Positions 13,101 through 25,129 of a stretch of DNA of 64,000 bases are shown here, in pieces. The notes under the pieces are model-generated. The model did not search any database and was not told the DNA's origin. It saw nothing but the letters and a program-made list of their open reading frames with translations. This DNA is from Catajapyx aquilonaris (taxonomy: Eukaryota): positions 1 to 64,000 of the forward strand of contig KZ538310.1 of the NCBI GenBank assembly GCA_000934665.2. The letters are read 5' to 3'. Numbering within the stretch: position 1 is the stretch's first letter; each line of letters starts with the position of its first letter. The position numbers and the translations under genes were made by a program.

Positions 13101-13831
13101 TCTTAGTGTGCTCTATTCATGGAAGTAGCAAGGTCTAACAATGTTTCTGATTATGACCATTCAAGTTCATATAGCCACAGGACCTGCACAATTTTTCCAA
13201 CATAGTCTGACGTCAAACTACTGGGAGTGGACAAATCAATCTCAAGTGCGTAACCGTCTACGAAAAAATATCACATTACAAAAAGATAGGTCCATATGTT
13301 ACACCTCATTTGACTGGTGAACAGTCAATAAGCAAAATGTTACACCTCTGTCCTCTGTGGATCAACTGGAACTACTTGCATCATTTTTCAGAGTATCCTA
13401 AAAGCATAGGCTTGATACAAAAACTCTACTGTACAGGGTTTTCTCACCTGCAATGCTACTTTTACATGACAGAGAACATATTTTGAAAACAGGCTGAAAT
13501 ACTGTAGGTTGTTGGCCAAAAACAGGAATCTTTCTTAAAATTGTGCAAAGTTAAAATGGTCCCTCCGTTTTTGATAACAGACCTCATGAAAAAAAAATCT
13601 TCCAAGTTAAAAAGAATGTACACCGAGTGGTTAAAAAAGGACTTCACATCCATCTCAGAAAAAATACTGTGGACACTCATTTCCACTTTTGTCTCACCTG
13701 CAAGTGTGGCAATGAGTGACATACATCATTGGAAACCCATTTTATAGGTATTCCAACAGCATATATGATTGAAACTTGAAGGTCAGTTCATGGGGGGGGN
13801 NNNNNNNNNNNNNNNNNNNNNNNNNNNNNNN

Positions 13832-13863
<32 letters not shown>

Positions 13864-16800
13864 GGAATGTGCCTCTGAGAAATTTTCACTGATATGGGTG
13901 TGAGCTCAATTTTGGAACAGCTTGTGTATGAGATAAAGAACATTTGGAATGTTTCACTGCTCCCTGTGCATTTTCCAATGAACTGTGTGTATTTGACCAC
14001 CTGGGATGGGTTCAGTATTTTTAGGGTAGCATGTGTCATCTCTGATTATAATATGATAGAAAGGTATGCAGTGGACAGGATGTACATGAATTTTTGAACA
14101 CATGTCATAGTATTAGTTTCCACACTTGTATAGCCTACCATATCATAGTTATTCTACAATCTCATCTCACAACTGGGTTTTAAAATGATGTTTTCCTCTT
14201 TGGCAGGTGGAATGATTCCAGAAAGTGGATAGATGATTGTCTCCTGCTCTGCTGTACCCTTTACTACCATCCTGAACCATACATACTAACCTCCATAAAA
14301 ACAATATCCTGATGGTGCTTTACACTCCTTCGTGGTTGATGTTTGTGGCAATAAATCCTTTCCTCTTCTTGGATGGCGAGTCACATTCAACCTTCCACCA
14401 GGTGCTCGCAAACTGTGAGCTTTGCAAATATTTTCTCCGTAAATCTGTGATGCATCAATGTATGCTGTGTTCTGGTTGATTTGTTCTCTGGGGCCTGAAT
14501 TTAAGATATGTCACATTCACTTGCATACAATTTCTTCTCCCTTCCTCACAACACTCACCTAGTCTCTGCTGACCAGGAAGTGATCGAGCAAATGGAATGC
14601 AGAATGGGCGACCACTGGAAGCATTCATTGGTGGATAATATGGATCATCTTTGGGTACTGGAATGGGCCAGCATTCTGGATGCACAGAGTTGTAAGATTC
14701 ACAATCTCGGCAGTTTAGAATGGAATGCTGAAAACCTACAATAGAGCAATTAGTCCCTAAGACACAACATTAAGGCAGGCTTACATACCTCTGTAGAATG
14801 GTGTAAGGGTGATGTCATGATCTAAAAATTGGGCAAACTGCATCAGTATGAGGGAGTATCGTTGATGAAGACGACTAACATCTCGATGCACTGTGGTCGA
14901 CACAAAACGTGGAGACGGCAGTGACAACCCTGTGACAGACTTCACCCGAGGATGAGAAATTCCTGGAATAAAAAACCCAGACAAGTCCATGCATTTGAAC
15001 AGCATGCTCCAATTGGTGATACTTCAGGATTGCTTCTGCCAGGAATCGAACCTGGGTCAACACTCAGGCTGAGTGTTTGCTCTGCCATTGAGCTACAAAA
15101 GCTTGGCATATGTATACACTATCACTCCTTTTCAGCAACAAAGTTAGAAACTTGTGGGCCTTACCATCATCATATGCTGGTGGCAAAAGGCGAGCAAAAG
15201 GGAGGACACTTTGCCCAAAAGTAGGATTCTTCAAGTTGTTGCACCAACCATTGTAAGAACGAAATGCAGTTGTGGGATCACAGGGAAAAACGTCTTCTTT
15301 TGTTCCACACTCAGGAAGTTGATGCTGAGTATGCAAAAAAGGTGATATATCCACAAGAGGCAAGCTTTGGGATATATCAGTAGATGACACAAAGTTGTGC
15401 AGGAGTCCAAGCTGCCGCTTCACCCGCTGTAAATGTGGCCTAAAGCAAGATAAATTTATATCAGGTATTATCATGAGATTAATTGTGCTGAAAAACTTAC
15501 TTATCCAAGGAACTAAGAAATACTCTTGATGTAAATTCCAAAAGTACTGAGTGGTTGGACAATATTAGTGAATCTTGGTTTGGAGGGCTGAAAGCTGCAG
15601 CTGTAGCTACTGCAGATTTTGGATCAGCATGCTCACCTGACAGGTAGAAGTTCAATCCATCAGGTAACTTGCACAGCATTAGACTTTACAACTGGTGTCA
15701 CTCACTATTTTTCCACAGACGATATATGTTGTCTAGATGTTCTCTTAATCCAAGCTGTGCTTCTTCTAGGCTCTTTATGATGACTTCAGGTGGGACTGGA
15801 ACATTAGACTTCCAGCTGCTCAAATCTAATTTGGCACCATTACATGAAGCCTTACTGCAAAATAGAAAGAATATACTCTGATGCACTTGGCAGCATACAA
15901 TAACACTGTACCTACAGGCCACCTGACAAAAACATATGAGAACTTATTTCTTCAATGCCTTCCACGTTGTTGCAAATTATATGAGACAACGAAACTTTTT
16001 GAAACTCTTGCAATTGATCTGAAAAGTGAAAAAAAGAAAAGTGTTATAAGAAATCACTTTCTCCTAATAATTATATTACAACTGAAAATAAAGTTTTATT
16101 TACCTGCTGAGAAAGAGGTGTGTGTATTCTCATTCTCATACCAATAGCTATCTGACATGCGCAACAGCTGAAACTGCTGGGAAATCAAACAAGCACATGT
16201 AGGTCCAACAACTGATCCTAGAACTGGCCTCTCTGCCAATAAGCCCATCAGCAGGTCAACATCGTTAACATTCCTGTATGTATTTATGGGGAAAGGAGAG
16301 GACATGAGAGAAGATCCAATCTTCATAACAGCTAGCAACAAATCTGCAAGACTTACTGGTACACTTTAGAAAGTTGAACAATATCTTCCTTATCAATATC
16401 CACCAAGTCATCAAAACTTTGTGCTCTTCCTAAGCCACATAACTCCCGATACAAAACATATGACTGCAATCCATGATCTCGTCCTTGCTGCAACCAACTA
16501 GCTATACGATCTCTACCTGTACAAAGACACATTATAATCTTACAAACAAGTAGCAACAATAAATTTCTTACACCTTTTTCTGATGATGTTTGCTGAATTA
16601 AATTTTCACTGAGTTCTGCAAAGATAGCCTTTAAGCTATTAGAACTATTCCATTCAGGTGGCATATCCAATAATTCTAGCACATTCTGCAATGAAAGAAG
16701 CAATGTAGAACAGTTCCTTGTCTCTTGAATGCTGAGCTGGGTCCTATAGTGTTGTTCCGGATATGTTTTATTGTCACGATGACAATACCTTCAACTGAGT

Positions 16801-19800
16801 TGGAATAGGAGATATCCAAGTGATTCAGAACTGACTTCATATTCATATTGGTGGAAAAGATCCATCCTTTCCATGATTGTTTTTTCCTTGGTCTGTTATG
16901 ATAATTATAACACTGTTATATAGGGTGTTTCAACTTTTTTGTCCGAACAGTTATCGGAAATATTGCACTATAAGCTGCTACTTTGTAAGCAGTGACTTGC
17001 AACCGGTTTGTCGGAGGAATGGGGAATATTCCCTGCAAATCTTAGGTTGAAGTGGCATACACTGCTTACAAAGTAGCAGCTTAGTGCAATATTTCTGATA
17101 ACTGTTCAAACAAAAAAGTTGAAACATCCTGTACAAAATTACACTTTTTTCTATTTTCTGAAGATGTGAATAGTGATTCCTATTGTAAATTCTGCGCTGA
17201 ATCCTAATATCTGCTAAGAAGGTTTCTGTCAGGCACAGTTTTTGAGATATATCGTTTTAAAGTTTGGAATGGTTTACTAGGGGTCTTTCCGAATCAAGTG
17301 AGCCTAAATGTTGCTAGACCCTCTCGGATCTTGGTGAAAATATAATTGCAGATGTACTCAACTATCCCTTAATGCTGCTTGTAAAGTTTCAGACATATTT
17401 CACAATACGATGACGAGGGAAGAAATCGCAAAAATCTGGAAATGGCTGAAAATGAGGCCATTTTTGGAGAATTTTTTTCTGTTAGTGGAAGTGGTCAAAG
17501 TCCAATGAACATATATATCAAAGGAAAGATAAACACCAGGAAAATGCGCCTATGGAATTAGTTTTCCTCTAAAATGTAAAATTTAATTTTTATAGCATTT
17601 CATTGGTCACTTGCTCAGTCACATGCCCAAGAATTGTGACCTCCACAATTAGTGATGTATTTGCGTTACATCAGTCATATTTGGCGACACTAATTGTGAC
17701 CGACATAAGGTTCAGTATGTTAAGTTTGAGGCCTGGGTCATGCATTGTTCACGAGAAAATAATAGATATGTTTTGCAGATATACCGTTAATTTCCCTCTT
17801 CTATACAAAAAAAAACTGTTGGCTCTTTCTGAAGATGTGAATAGTGATTCTTATAGGACTTTTCGCCCTGATTCCAAATCTGTAGTTACCTTCACAGGTG
17901 TTAGGTTCACTACTTTTCAAACAATAATTTATTGTAGATACACCCTTCTTCGAGGAAGGGGTTCAGGTGTTCTCATAACTTTGATGGTAAATGGTAGAAA
18001 GTGGCTGATTTTTATAAGTGCCAGTAGTTCACTAAGACTGAGTTCTTATTACATTATTACGAACATCTTCCACTAACAATATTGTAGAACTAAAGGGCGA
18101 TCCTGGAAGGGGTCTTGAGCAGAAACTCCCCCCTGTGAACTCACCTTCAATTTTGGTGTGGAATCATACACACCATTGGAAAGTCCATACAATGGGATTT
18201 CTAACAATCTCACTGCCACACTTGAGGGGTGAGGCAATAGAGGTGAGTGGAAATGAAAGTTCACAAGATTTTTACTGGTACAAATCTGCTGCACTTTCGA
18301 AAAATGATGTATCTGCACATAGAGGAAAGGTTGACTTTGTAGGTGGATTGACTGGAAACTCGACCTTACTGCTATGTGCAGATGCATCGTTTTTCAAAAG
18401 TACAGCAGAAATATGAGTTCAATTTTGGAACACTTGGGTATATGCTTCATCCATGAAAATTTCTCCCTATCTGAATACATGCAGGTACATCCCAGATTGA
18501 GCCAACACTACGGTGACTGATTGTGTGCCACATTGGTGGTGCATTTTTTATGAGAAAGAGCAGAGAAATAGTATAAGGGTCATTCAGATGAAAACGAGCC
18601 ACTGCATAGCAAATTTCCGGATGGGTTTCTTGTGACATCTTATACACAAAATGAAGGCCATACCTGTATAGTATTATGACACACTGACAGTTGGCCATTC
18701 AATCACTCGACACAGTCACAGTGTGCTTTTGCTCAGGACACCCCCCCCCCCCCCCCCCCCANCAGTCCAGTCAGATATGGTAGCAACGAATGTTCATTAG
18801 CCAGCAGTAATCCGTCTTTGAACAGCAGAAAGTGACGGGAGAACAGAAACCCATCGCTGTTTGAGTACCGTGTATGAAAAGTGCATAACTTTGTCACCTG
18901 TTTTGAGCCTGCAGGAGGTGATTTTGTGAGGGGCGGTCGTTGTTGACTTGTGATTCCAAGCCAGCAAACCATTTACTCCAGGCTCTAACACAACAAAGAT
19001 ATGCAGTTTTGTTGGTTTTCATACATGTTATTCGAACGGCGATGAATTTCTGTTCTCCCGACACCTCCCGACCATTCAAAAACAGATTACTGCTGGCTAA
19101 TCAACATTCGTTGCTTCCATATCTGACTGGTGGGGGGAGGCACGGTGGCCGAGATGGTAACGTCTCGGCTTGCTATGCGAAAGGTCCCGGGTTCAAATCC
19201 CCACCCGGGAACAAACCTTTCGCTTGCGTCAATGGGTCGTGACCCGCGCCTAAGGAGGCGTCTTGGCAACCTGACCTCCTGGGGGACTGCACCTGGCCCA
19301 CCACTGGACAATGCACCTGCACTTGTGTCCCCTCCCCAAACCCCCCAACCCTTACCCCATTTCCTGAACTAGTCCTTGCACCGGTGTCCGAAGAAAAATA
19401 AATAGAAAACTGTATGGTGGTCTGCCACCCCCCGAAAGGCCCATAGAGGGCCATCAAGGGGTACGAAAAAAAATAAAAAATAAATAAGATAAAAATAAAA
19501 TAAAATAAATATCTGACTGGTGAGCACACTGTGACTGTGTGGAGTGATCGAATGGCCAAATGTCAGTGTGTCATAATACTACACCGGTACAACGTTAATA
19601 ACGTTAATAAGATGTCGCAACAAACCCAACCGGAAATTTATCTGAATGATCCTTATATATTCTTGCTCACTGGGTCTTCTGCTAAATATACAATGAAAGA
19701 AGCTTTGTAGATAACTTTGGTGACTAATGGGAACAACACCACTCAGAATCCAGATTAAGTAAACTTACAGGATATTTTTGTGGCAAAAATGAAAGTAGTA

Positions 19801-22800
19801 CATTCATAGCAGCAGTGGCTACTTCATTTTGTATTCCAGGATTAAGTGTTTTGCTGTATCCACTGTATTGTCCAAATGATGTTGCTTCTGCCCTCTAAGA
19901 AGAAAATGCCATCAGTTTCACAGAAAGCTTTGAGGTAACCTGAGACTTGCCTCTCCTACTACTGCGCTTAAAAATTCCTTGTAGGTGATGTGCTGAATTT
20001 CAGTAATGACAATGCGACGAGCCTCTTGAAAGAGCATCTCATCATCCCAGTAGGGATTCAACTGGTGCAAGGCCCTGGCAATACGGTTGTGTTCTCTCAT
20101 CCAAAGTGCAAGGATGGAAGTCAGACCAAGATTGTCATTCACATACTCAGTGCCAGATAGGAAACAGCTGTAAGAAAACTTTTAAGTAGCTCAATTCAGT
20201 TACAGAAGGTACACAAAATTCACCTTCTTCTCTGCGTATGAACGCAAGTATCATCAGTTGGAAGATAATTAGTAGACGAGGTTCGAAGAAGGCCACTTGT
20301 AAATTGCCTCAACGACCTCATTTTTTCTTCAGTACTTCCATACACTGCAGAACCATCCAGAAAGGCTGTGGCAAAATTCATCTGTTCCCTAGGTCCTGTG
20401 AAACAGGTCAACATCAAGTATCAATTGACCAATACCGGTACCTTAAAATTGTGCATCCTTACTCACCCAAACTGCAATCCTCTCGTAAACACAGAACTGA
20501 GCGGGACACAATATTGCAGGTGTCAGAAGGTGCATGATGTAAAGCATCGTCATCTGAAAGTGCATTTAGAAATACACAGAAATATATCACAATTTCACTT
20601 CAGTGATAACAGTTACATATTGTCAGTATTCACTCAAAACCCCACGATGGTAATATATAGTCAAAGGCGGTCAAAGGACTTTTCCAGTTTCCATGGAGAT
20701 GGGCTCACACAACAATAGGAGTAAACAGTGTTATTTTGTTGACACTGTTTACTCATTATTGTTGTGTGAGGGCGTGTGAGGGCCTCTCCATGGAAACCGG
20801 AAAAGTGGGAGGTTCCACAGGTGGATTCTTGGACGTCACAGTTCTGAGAACGAGATAGCTGGAATCATACATGTTGAACAGTAGCTGCCCATAAAACCTT
20901 GGCACTTTTAGGATATGTTTTTGGTCCCTCTCCAGGAAGCTGGGGAAGGGGCGCTGAGGAGAGGTGGAAGCGGGCCGCCCACTTCCACCTCTCCTCAGCG
21001 CCCCTTCTCCAGCTTCCTGGAGAGGGACCCAAAACACACCCTTAGGTAGCCTTTCATTCTCTGTGCTCCCTTCCCATGCTTGACATCACGGTTATCATGG
21101 TGCTTGACATGCCGCTTGACATTTGCGAAGTTTGCGAACTTCGCCGCCATCTTGGTTACCAGGTGAAATAGAGGTACTGTATTCTATTGACTACTACTTT
21201 TGAAAGATAAAAAATTAATGTTATACTAATTCCAATTTAAATACTAATAGAATGAGTGAAAATATTTTAAGTATATGTCAAGTAAGTTCCCTTTTGCTGC
21301 ACCTGGCTCACTGACAAGTGGTAAATTGAATGACATATTTTGGATCTCTTCCTTATAATATTATAAGGCATATTAATAGTATAATAATAATCCGGGTAAC
21401 CGAAGCAGGTTGGTGTAGGGGATAAGGAGCCCGCCTGCTAATCGGGAGGTCCTGGGTTCGAATCCCGGGGCCGGCGACCCTGACCATGGTTTTCTATGGT
21501 TTTCCATGGTCCCCTCCCTCGTAAAAATAGGCCACAGCCGCTTCCTTCCTTCCCTATCCCTGGTCCCATCCAATGGTGGTAATCCACCCCCCTAAGGGAG
21601 CCAAAGGCTCCAGCATGGGGTATGATAAATAAATATAAATAAATAATCCGTGTAGTGCTGGACCTCATTGCGCGGTATCAAGCACGGACCTTTATGCCCT
21701 TGTACATTTGTACATTTTTGGAACCTTTTACGAAGCGCCCGGGCCCACGGGCCTTGTAACTGAAAGATTAATTTAAGGGCCAGTTGTGTGAACATGTCTA
21801 CATGAGATAAGGTTGGGACGACACGGTGGCGGAGTGGTTTAGCGCCACAGCCCTCTGAGGTCCCGAGTTCGATTCCCGGATCGGACGGAGGTTCTATGAG
21901 TTGTCTGTCTGTTACTATGGTAACTCACTGTCTTAAGCTCTTAACCAATCTTTGCCTAGACAAGGCATACTCATGGTCAGAACTGTAGACTGCTGGAGAC
22001 ATTATAGTCATGCAGCAGTCGTGAAGTAAGTAGGAGAAATAGAATATGCAGAGAATGGCAGTGATGTCGCAGGCTCTTAATAATTAAGAGCCTGCGACAT
22101 CACTGCCATTCTCTCTCAACACTCTCAAAACAATAACTCTCAATAATAAAACTAACAATTATTGTTAGTTTTATTGTTGAGAGTTATTGTTGCCCATTAT
22201 TATACATTAATAATAGGTCTTTGCCTTCAGTATCACTCTTGCTGCTTTAAATTCTACATACATAGGGTGATCTCAGTGTTTTTGATAATCATAAAACAAA
22301 TATTTAACTCTAAATGATTATAATGAGAAGCTTATAGTTACCAGAATTCGCTAACCGCTACGGACATTTTAGTTGGAACACCCTGAATAATCCACAGCTT
22401 ATTCACCTACTTCCCTCTTGAACTGTGAACTTGTGCAGTACACCAGAATGTGTAATATGTATAATTTTTTTAATTACAATGTGTAGAATAATATTAAAAA
22501 GCTTACGGGAGAAAGTCTTCACTTGGGCAATATCATTAGCCACAAACTGTCCCCATAGAGCAGTCATGGCTGTGGCACCTGTCTCGGGCTTGTTCTTCGC
22601 AATGTGCACAGCAACGTCTGACAATAAGCTCACGCTTGGTAAATGATCATCGTCGCTGAGGCTTACTCCTGAAAATATTAGTACTCCCATGTATTTGGCC
22701 ACGTTACAGTGGAAGGTCCACGATAACTTTCCTATACCATATACTATACTACAATAATATACCGGTACTCTAATTTTAAATCCATTTAAATCCCGAATTC

Positions 22801-24868
22801 CAACGATTAAATGGTAAATTCTTTTTTAAACCAATGATGTCCAGTGAACAGCTGAGTTTTTTAATGACCTAGATTATTCATTCTTTGTTACTTTTTCTTC
22901 CTGATTTGGTATGAACCCTTTACCGTGGACCACCTGATAGCTGATACTAATGTCATTCAAATAAGGTAGGCAGGCTCTTTTATCAGAAAATTATGCATAC
23001 CGTCCTTGTAGGATGATGGGAGTATTCGTTGAAAGCATGAGAAGGTACTTCCCCACTCAGGATGCCGAACATTGTTGCATCGCCCATCAATACTGCGGTA
23101 CTTATCTGAAGAACACGTGTATGCTGCAGAACACATGCTCTCCAGAATTGTCGAGGTTGTGTTAATTACAGACAGGGACAACTCAACTCCCTTAGGTATT
23201 TGGTGTCTGGAAATAAAATTTCAACAAATTTCAAGGACAAGGCGAATCTGACTTATTATTGCAGGCCAGCTAAATATGTCCCGTAAAACCCTAAATAATT
23301 AATAAAGATCATATCAGTTGCTAGAAGGTATCAATGAGGAATAATTATTATTTTACGCAATAGTTGTTCTTCACTTATAACACCCCACAAGACTGTAGAT
23401 ATAATAAGTTATAATCCTACAGAGTGTTCTCAATAACACCGACAACGATCTGCGGTAAACTCCCTGGCACCATAGGGTCACTTAATGTATATTACAGACA
23501 TAAAGTAGGTGTCATTTTGTCTTTGAAGCCAGATATCATTGGCGATTGGCCTTAACCCTTATCAAATATTATCCCACCTCCTATGTAGTGTAGTAGGCTA
23601 CACATGCCCTGAGACACTTCCATCGGCTCGGGCTCGATCAGATCGCAGTTATTTGGAATTTCACGGTAACTCAGGTAATTAAAAAATTAAAAAGGCAAGG
23701 TCGCACGGAGGGAAACATACCTGCCATTACATAATATTGTCTATATTGCACCTATATATTGTCTATATTGTCTACTTTGTGTTTGCAAAAAAATCCGGGT
23801 AAGGAGGTGGCGTTGATAAAAATTATCATCTTCATAAAGAGATCCTCTGGTTCATAGGAATTCACACTATACGAATTTTTCTGCATAGTAATCAATTTGA
23901 CAAAGCATGACATCCAAAATATAGTCTGATTTGCCATAATATCACCTCAAATAAAATGTTAATACACTCTGCACTGAAAACTCCATGTGCATGCAGATAT
24001 AGGCAAATAAAATTAGTGCAGTGTGAATAATATCATTAAGAATTAGGGAACATATTAAATCCTATATTCGTCATTATAAATTATTACATTCGTGCTGCAC
24101 CGGCTTTATTTGCCTGTGAAAAACACGCACCTGGAGTTATCAGTATCTACTGTATTAGGCTACTTCTTGTCTGCATACATTTACCTTTCTAATAAATGTC
24201 GGGATGCTGTTTCTGCTACTAGAGCAGTGTATACTTCGTCGGCAACTTCCGGAACCAGGCGAAGTAAGGCGGTCACTATATCACCAAACAGGAATATCTA
24301 CGTTAAATCTTTCGTAGCATATAAGGAAATGTGTCAAAAAGCAATTTACATTAATATTCAAGTATACGCTATTGTAACTCTCGTTCCACTAGAAGATTTT
24401 CTCATTCAAATGTAACTTTTGTTTTCAATGAAGCGGTTTGAATAACAATATTGAGATTTGGTTGTGCTAGGTCAGTACGTGGATCCTAGCTTTCACCTGT
24501 TCCAAGTTTTCAACAGATTTATCACGATGTGCCAGTTACGTTCTCTGCAATTATGTATACAGTAACATGTTACGAAGACATACAAAAAGTGACAGCAGAG
24601 AGTGGCTCGGAAAGTAATTGGACTTATAATAACATTACTAATTGCGGATATCCCATTTAAAGAGCTGAAATAATGATATAAGGTTGTTGCACTGAGAATG
24701 AACTTGCCCGACTTGTTGCACTTTTTTTGCAAGTGCATGGTGGCCGTAGACACCGTGTCCAGGACGTCGTCCTGAGAAAACAGGACACCCGACGAGTAGG
24801 ACGGGAGATGTCCGTAGGAAACTCTGCTGTCAGCCAGCTGAACCAACAGGCCGATCATAACTATCACA
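7120..24868 (-). CDS. Double-domain animal heme peroxidase (DBLOX / Drosophila CG10211-like), 24 coding exons, ~1,412 aa
   Basis: Phase-consistent exons, 5'->3' on the minus strand: 24868-24708 (5' end uncertain, ATG 24858), 24275-24185, 23206-23001, 22668-22507, 20553-20467, 20395-20224, 20167-19951, 19894-19769, 16685-16574, 16516-16357, 16273-16104, 16018-15916, 15854-15706, 15636-15501, 15439-15165, 14962-14789, 14735-14559, 14494-14291, 12860-12606, 12549-12377, 9044-8891, 8826-8418, 8324-8171, 7341-7120 (TGA). Peroxidase motifs occur twice (YRSIDGRCNN/FRSYNGWCNN, GPREQ, REHN, RDHG, DRFWYE/DSYWYE). Domain 2 has QFLDHD, GDPRASEQPGL and AFRFGHS. Cys-rich tail CTSCVCTAEGAKCASLRI...CMAQCG. 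Orthology is from recall, not from a search. Confidence 0.9.
9295..9598 (-). mobile_element. tRNA-derived SINE (type-A head) in a peroxidase intron
   Basis: Reverse strand reads ACCGAAGCAG...GGGTTCGAACCC...GTGGTTTTCTGTGGTTTTCC...ATAGGCCACAGCCGCTTCC...GGTGGTATTCCACC...GGGGTA; homologous to 21399-21641. Confidence 0.85.
9868..10190. mobile_element. Harbinger-like MITE fragment
   Basis: TTA|GGCCTGGTTCACACGTGG terminus with an internal TTCACACGTGG repeat; the right end was not found. Confidence 0.4.
10195..10936 (-). mobile_element. Internally deleted Tc1/mariner element with transposase remnant
   Basis: TA-flanked ~85-bp TIRs (CAG(T/G)GTCAT..AGAATGTCCCATTT..AACCCTATAACTCGAAAA). A decayed SSPDFTPMDFF (WPPRSPDLTPxDFF-like) lies on the minus strand near 10470-10520. 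Confidence 0.8.
11553..12293. mobile_element. mariner-derived element made of two inverted 3' ends
   Basis: TIR GAGGGGTGTCCGGAAAGTAAGGTAAAACAT at both ends. A decayed mariner C-terminus (FLFGLLKHHLSGR*FATDKEVKLEV...WDK) is present on minus at ~11670-11840 and again on plus at ~12010-12190. Confidence 0.8.
13793..13863. repeat. Poly-G / N gap / (GA)n microsatellite
   Basis: Run of N at 13800-13831 followed by (GA)n. Confidence 0.95.
15030..15107 (-). mobile_element. tRNA-like SINE head (third family) in a peroxidase intron
   Basis: Reverse strand: TGTAGCTCAATGGCAGAGC...GACCCAGGTTCGATTCCTGGCAG; similar to 36146-36220. Confidence 0.55.
16921..17131. mobile_element. Tc1/mariner-type hairpin MITE
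   Basis: TA-flanked AGG(G/A)TGTTTCAACTTTTTTGT..AACAGTTATC..AAATATTGCACTA.. inverted arms of ~75 bp. Confidence 0.8.
18663..19587. mobile_element. TA-flanked MITE with ~220-bp imperfect TIRs, interrupted by a SINE
   Basis: TA|CCTGTATAGTATTATGACACACTGACA... and ...TGTCAGTGTGTCATAATACTACACCGG|TA; the arms continue on both sides of the SINE. Confidence 0.8.
19133..19508 (+). mobile_element. tRNA-derived SINE (type-B head)
   Basis: A box TGGCCGAGATGG, B box GGTTCAAATCC, (TAAAA)n tail, and 14-bp TSD ATATCTGACTGGTG (19119-19132 / 19509-19522). Confidence 0.88.
20678..20806. repeat. Hairpin MITE remnant related to the interior of the 504-1095 element
   Basis: ACTTTTCCAGTTTCCATGGAGA...TCTCCATGGAAACCGGAAAAGT; shares this motif and TGTTGACACTGT with 591-682. 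Confidence 0.65.
20916..21036. repeat. GC-rich near-perfect palindrome (~60-bp stem)
   Basis: GGTCCCTCTCCAGGAAGCTGGGGAAGGGGCGCTGAGGAGAGGTGGAAGCGGGC-C-GCCCACTTCCACCTCTCCTCAGCGCCCCTTCTCCAGCTTCCTGGAGAGGGACC. Confidence 0.92.
21399..21641 (+). mobile_element. tRNA-derived SINE (type-A head, short form)
   Basis: B box GGTTCGAATCC, shared 3' stem-loops, (TAAA)n tail, and TSD AATAATCCG(G/T)GTA (21386-21398 / 21642-21654). Confidence 0.85.
21816..21900 (+). mobile_element. tRNA-like SINE head fragment
   Basis: A box TGGCGGAGTGG and B box AGTTCGATTCC; no complete cloverleaf. Confidence 0.5.
22051..22192. repeat. Two adjacent palindromes
   Basis: GAGAATGGCAGTGATGTCGCAGGCTCTTAAT-A-ATTAAGAGCCTGCGACATCACTGCCATTCTC (22051-22113), then AACAATAACTCTCAA...TTGAGAGTTATTGTT (~22128-22191). 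Confidence 0.88.
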
Positions 24869-25129
24869 CTGTAATAAAATTATTAATTAGACCACTATTC
24901 TGGTCTGGCATGCTACAAGGTCTACGCAAAAAAAAACACAACTTGAAAGCCATCATTAATATGAGTCACGCAACTCCAAATTGTTCCCAATACAAACAGT
25001 TGGACATCCTTTGCTTTCTCTCTGTCCTGCAGCTAATTTAAAAAGACAATGTTAACCACTTCCGTAATCTTTTAAGGAGAGTGCAATTGTCTCCAGAAAA
25101 AATGGCCTGGGGTACTTTTCAAACAACCT

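Noticed and set aside
16790..16892. Extra peroxidase exon
   Set aside because: It has an in-frame stop before the best donor, and the flanking exons (19769 -> 16685) already join in phase.
17603..18416. ORFs of 93-157 aa in a peroxidase intron
   Set aside because: They sit in decayed repeat-like DNA (duplicated TTTCTGAAGATGTGAATAGTGATTC) and have no recognisable domains.
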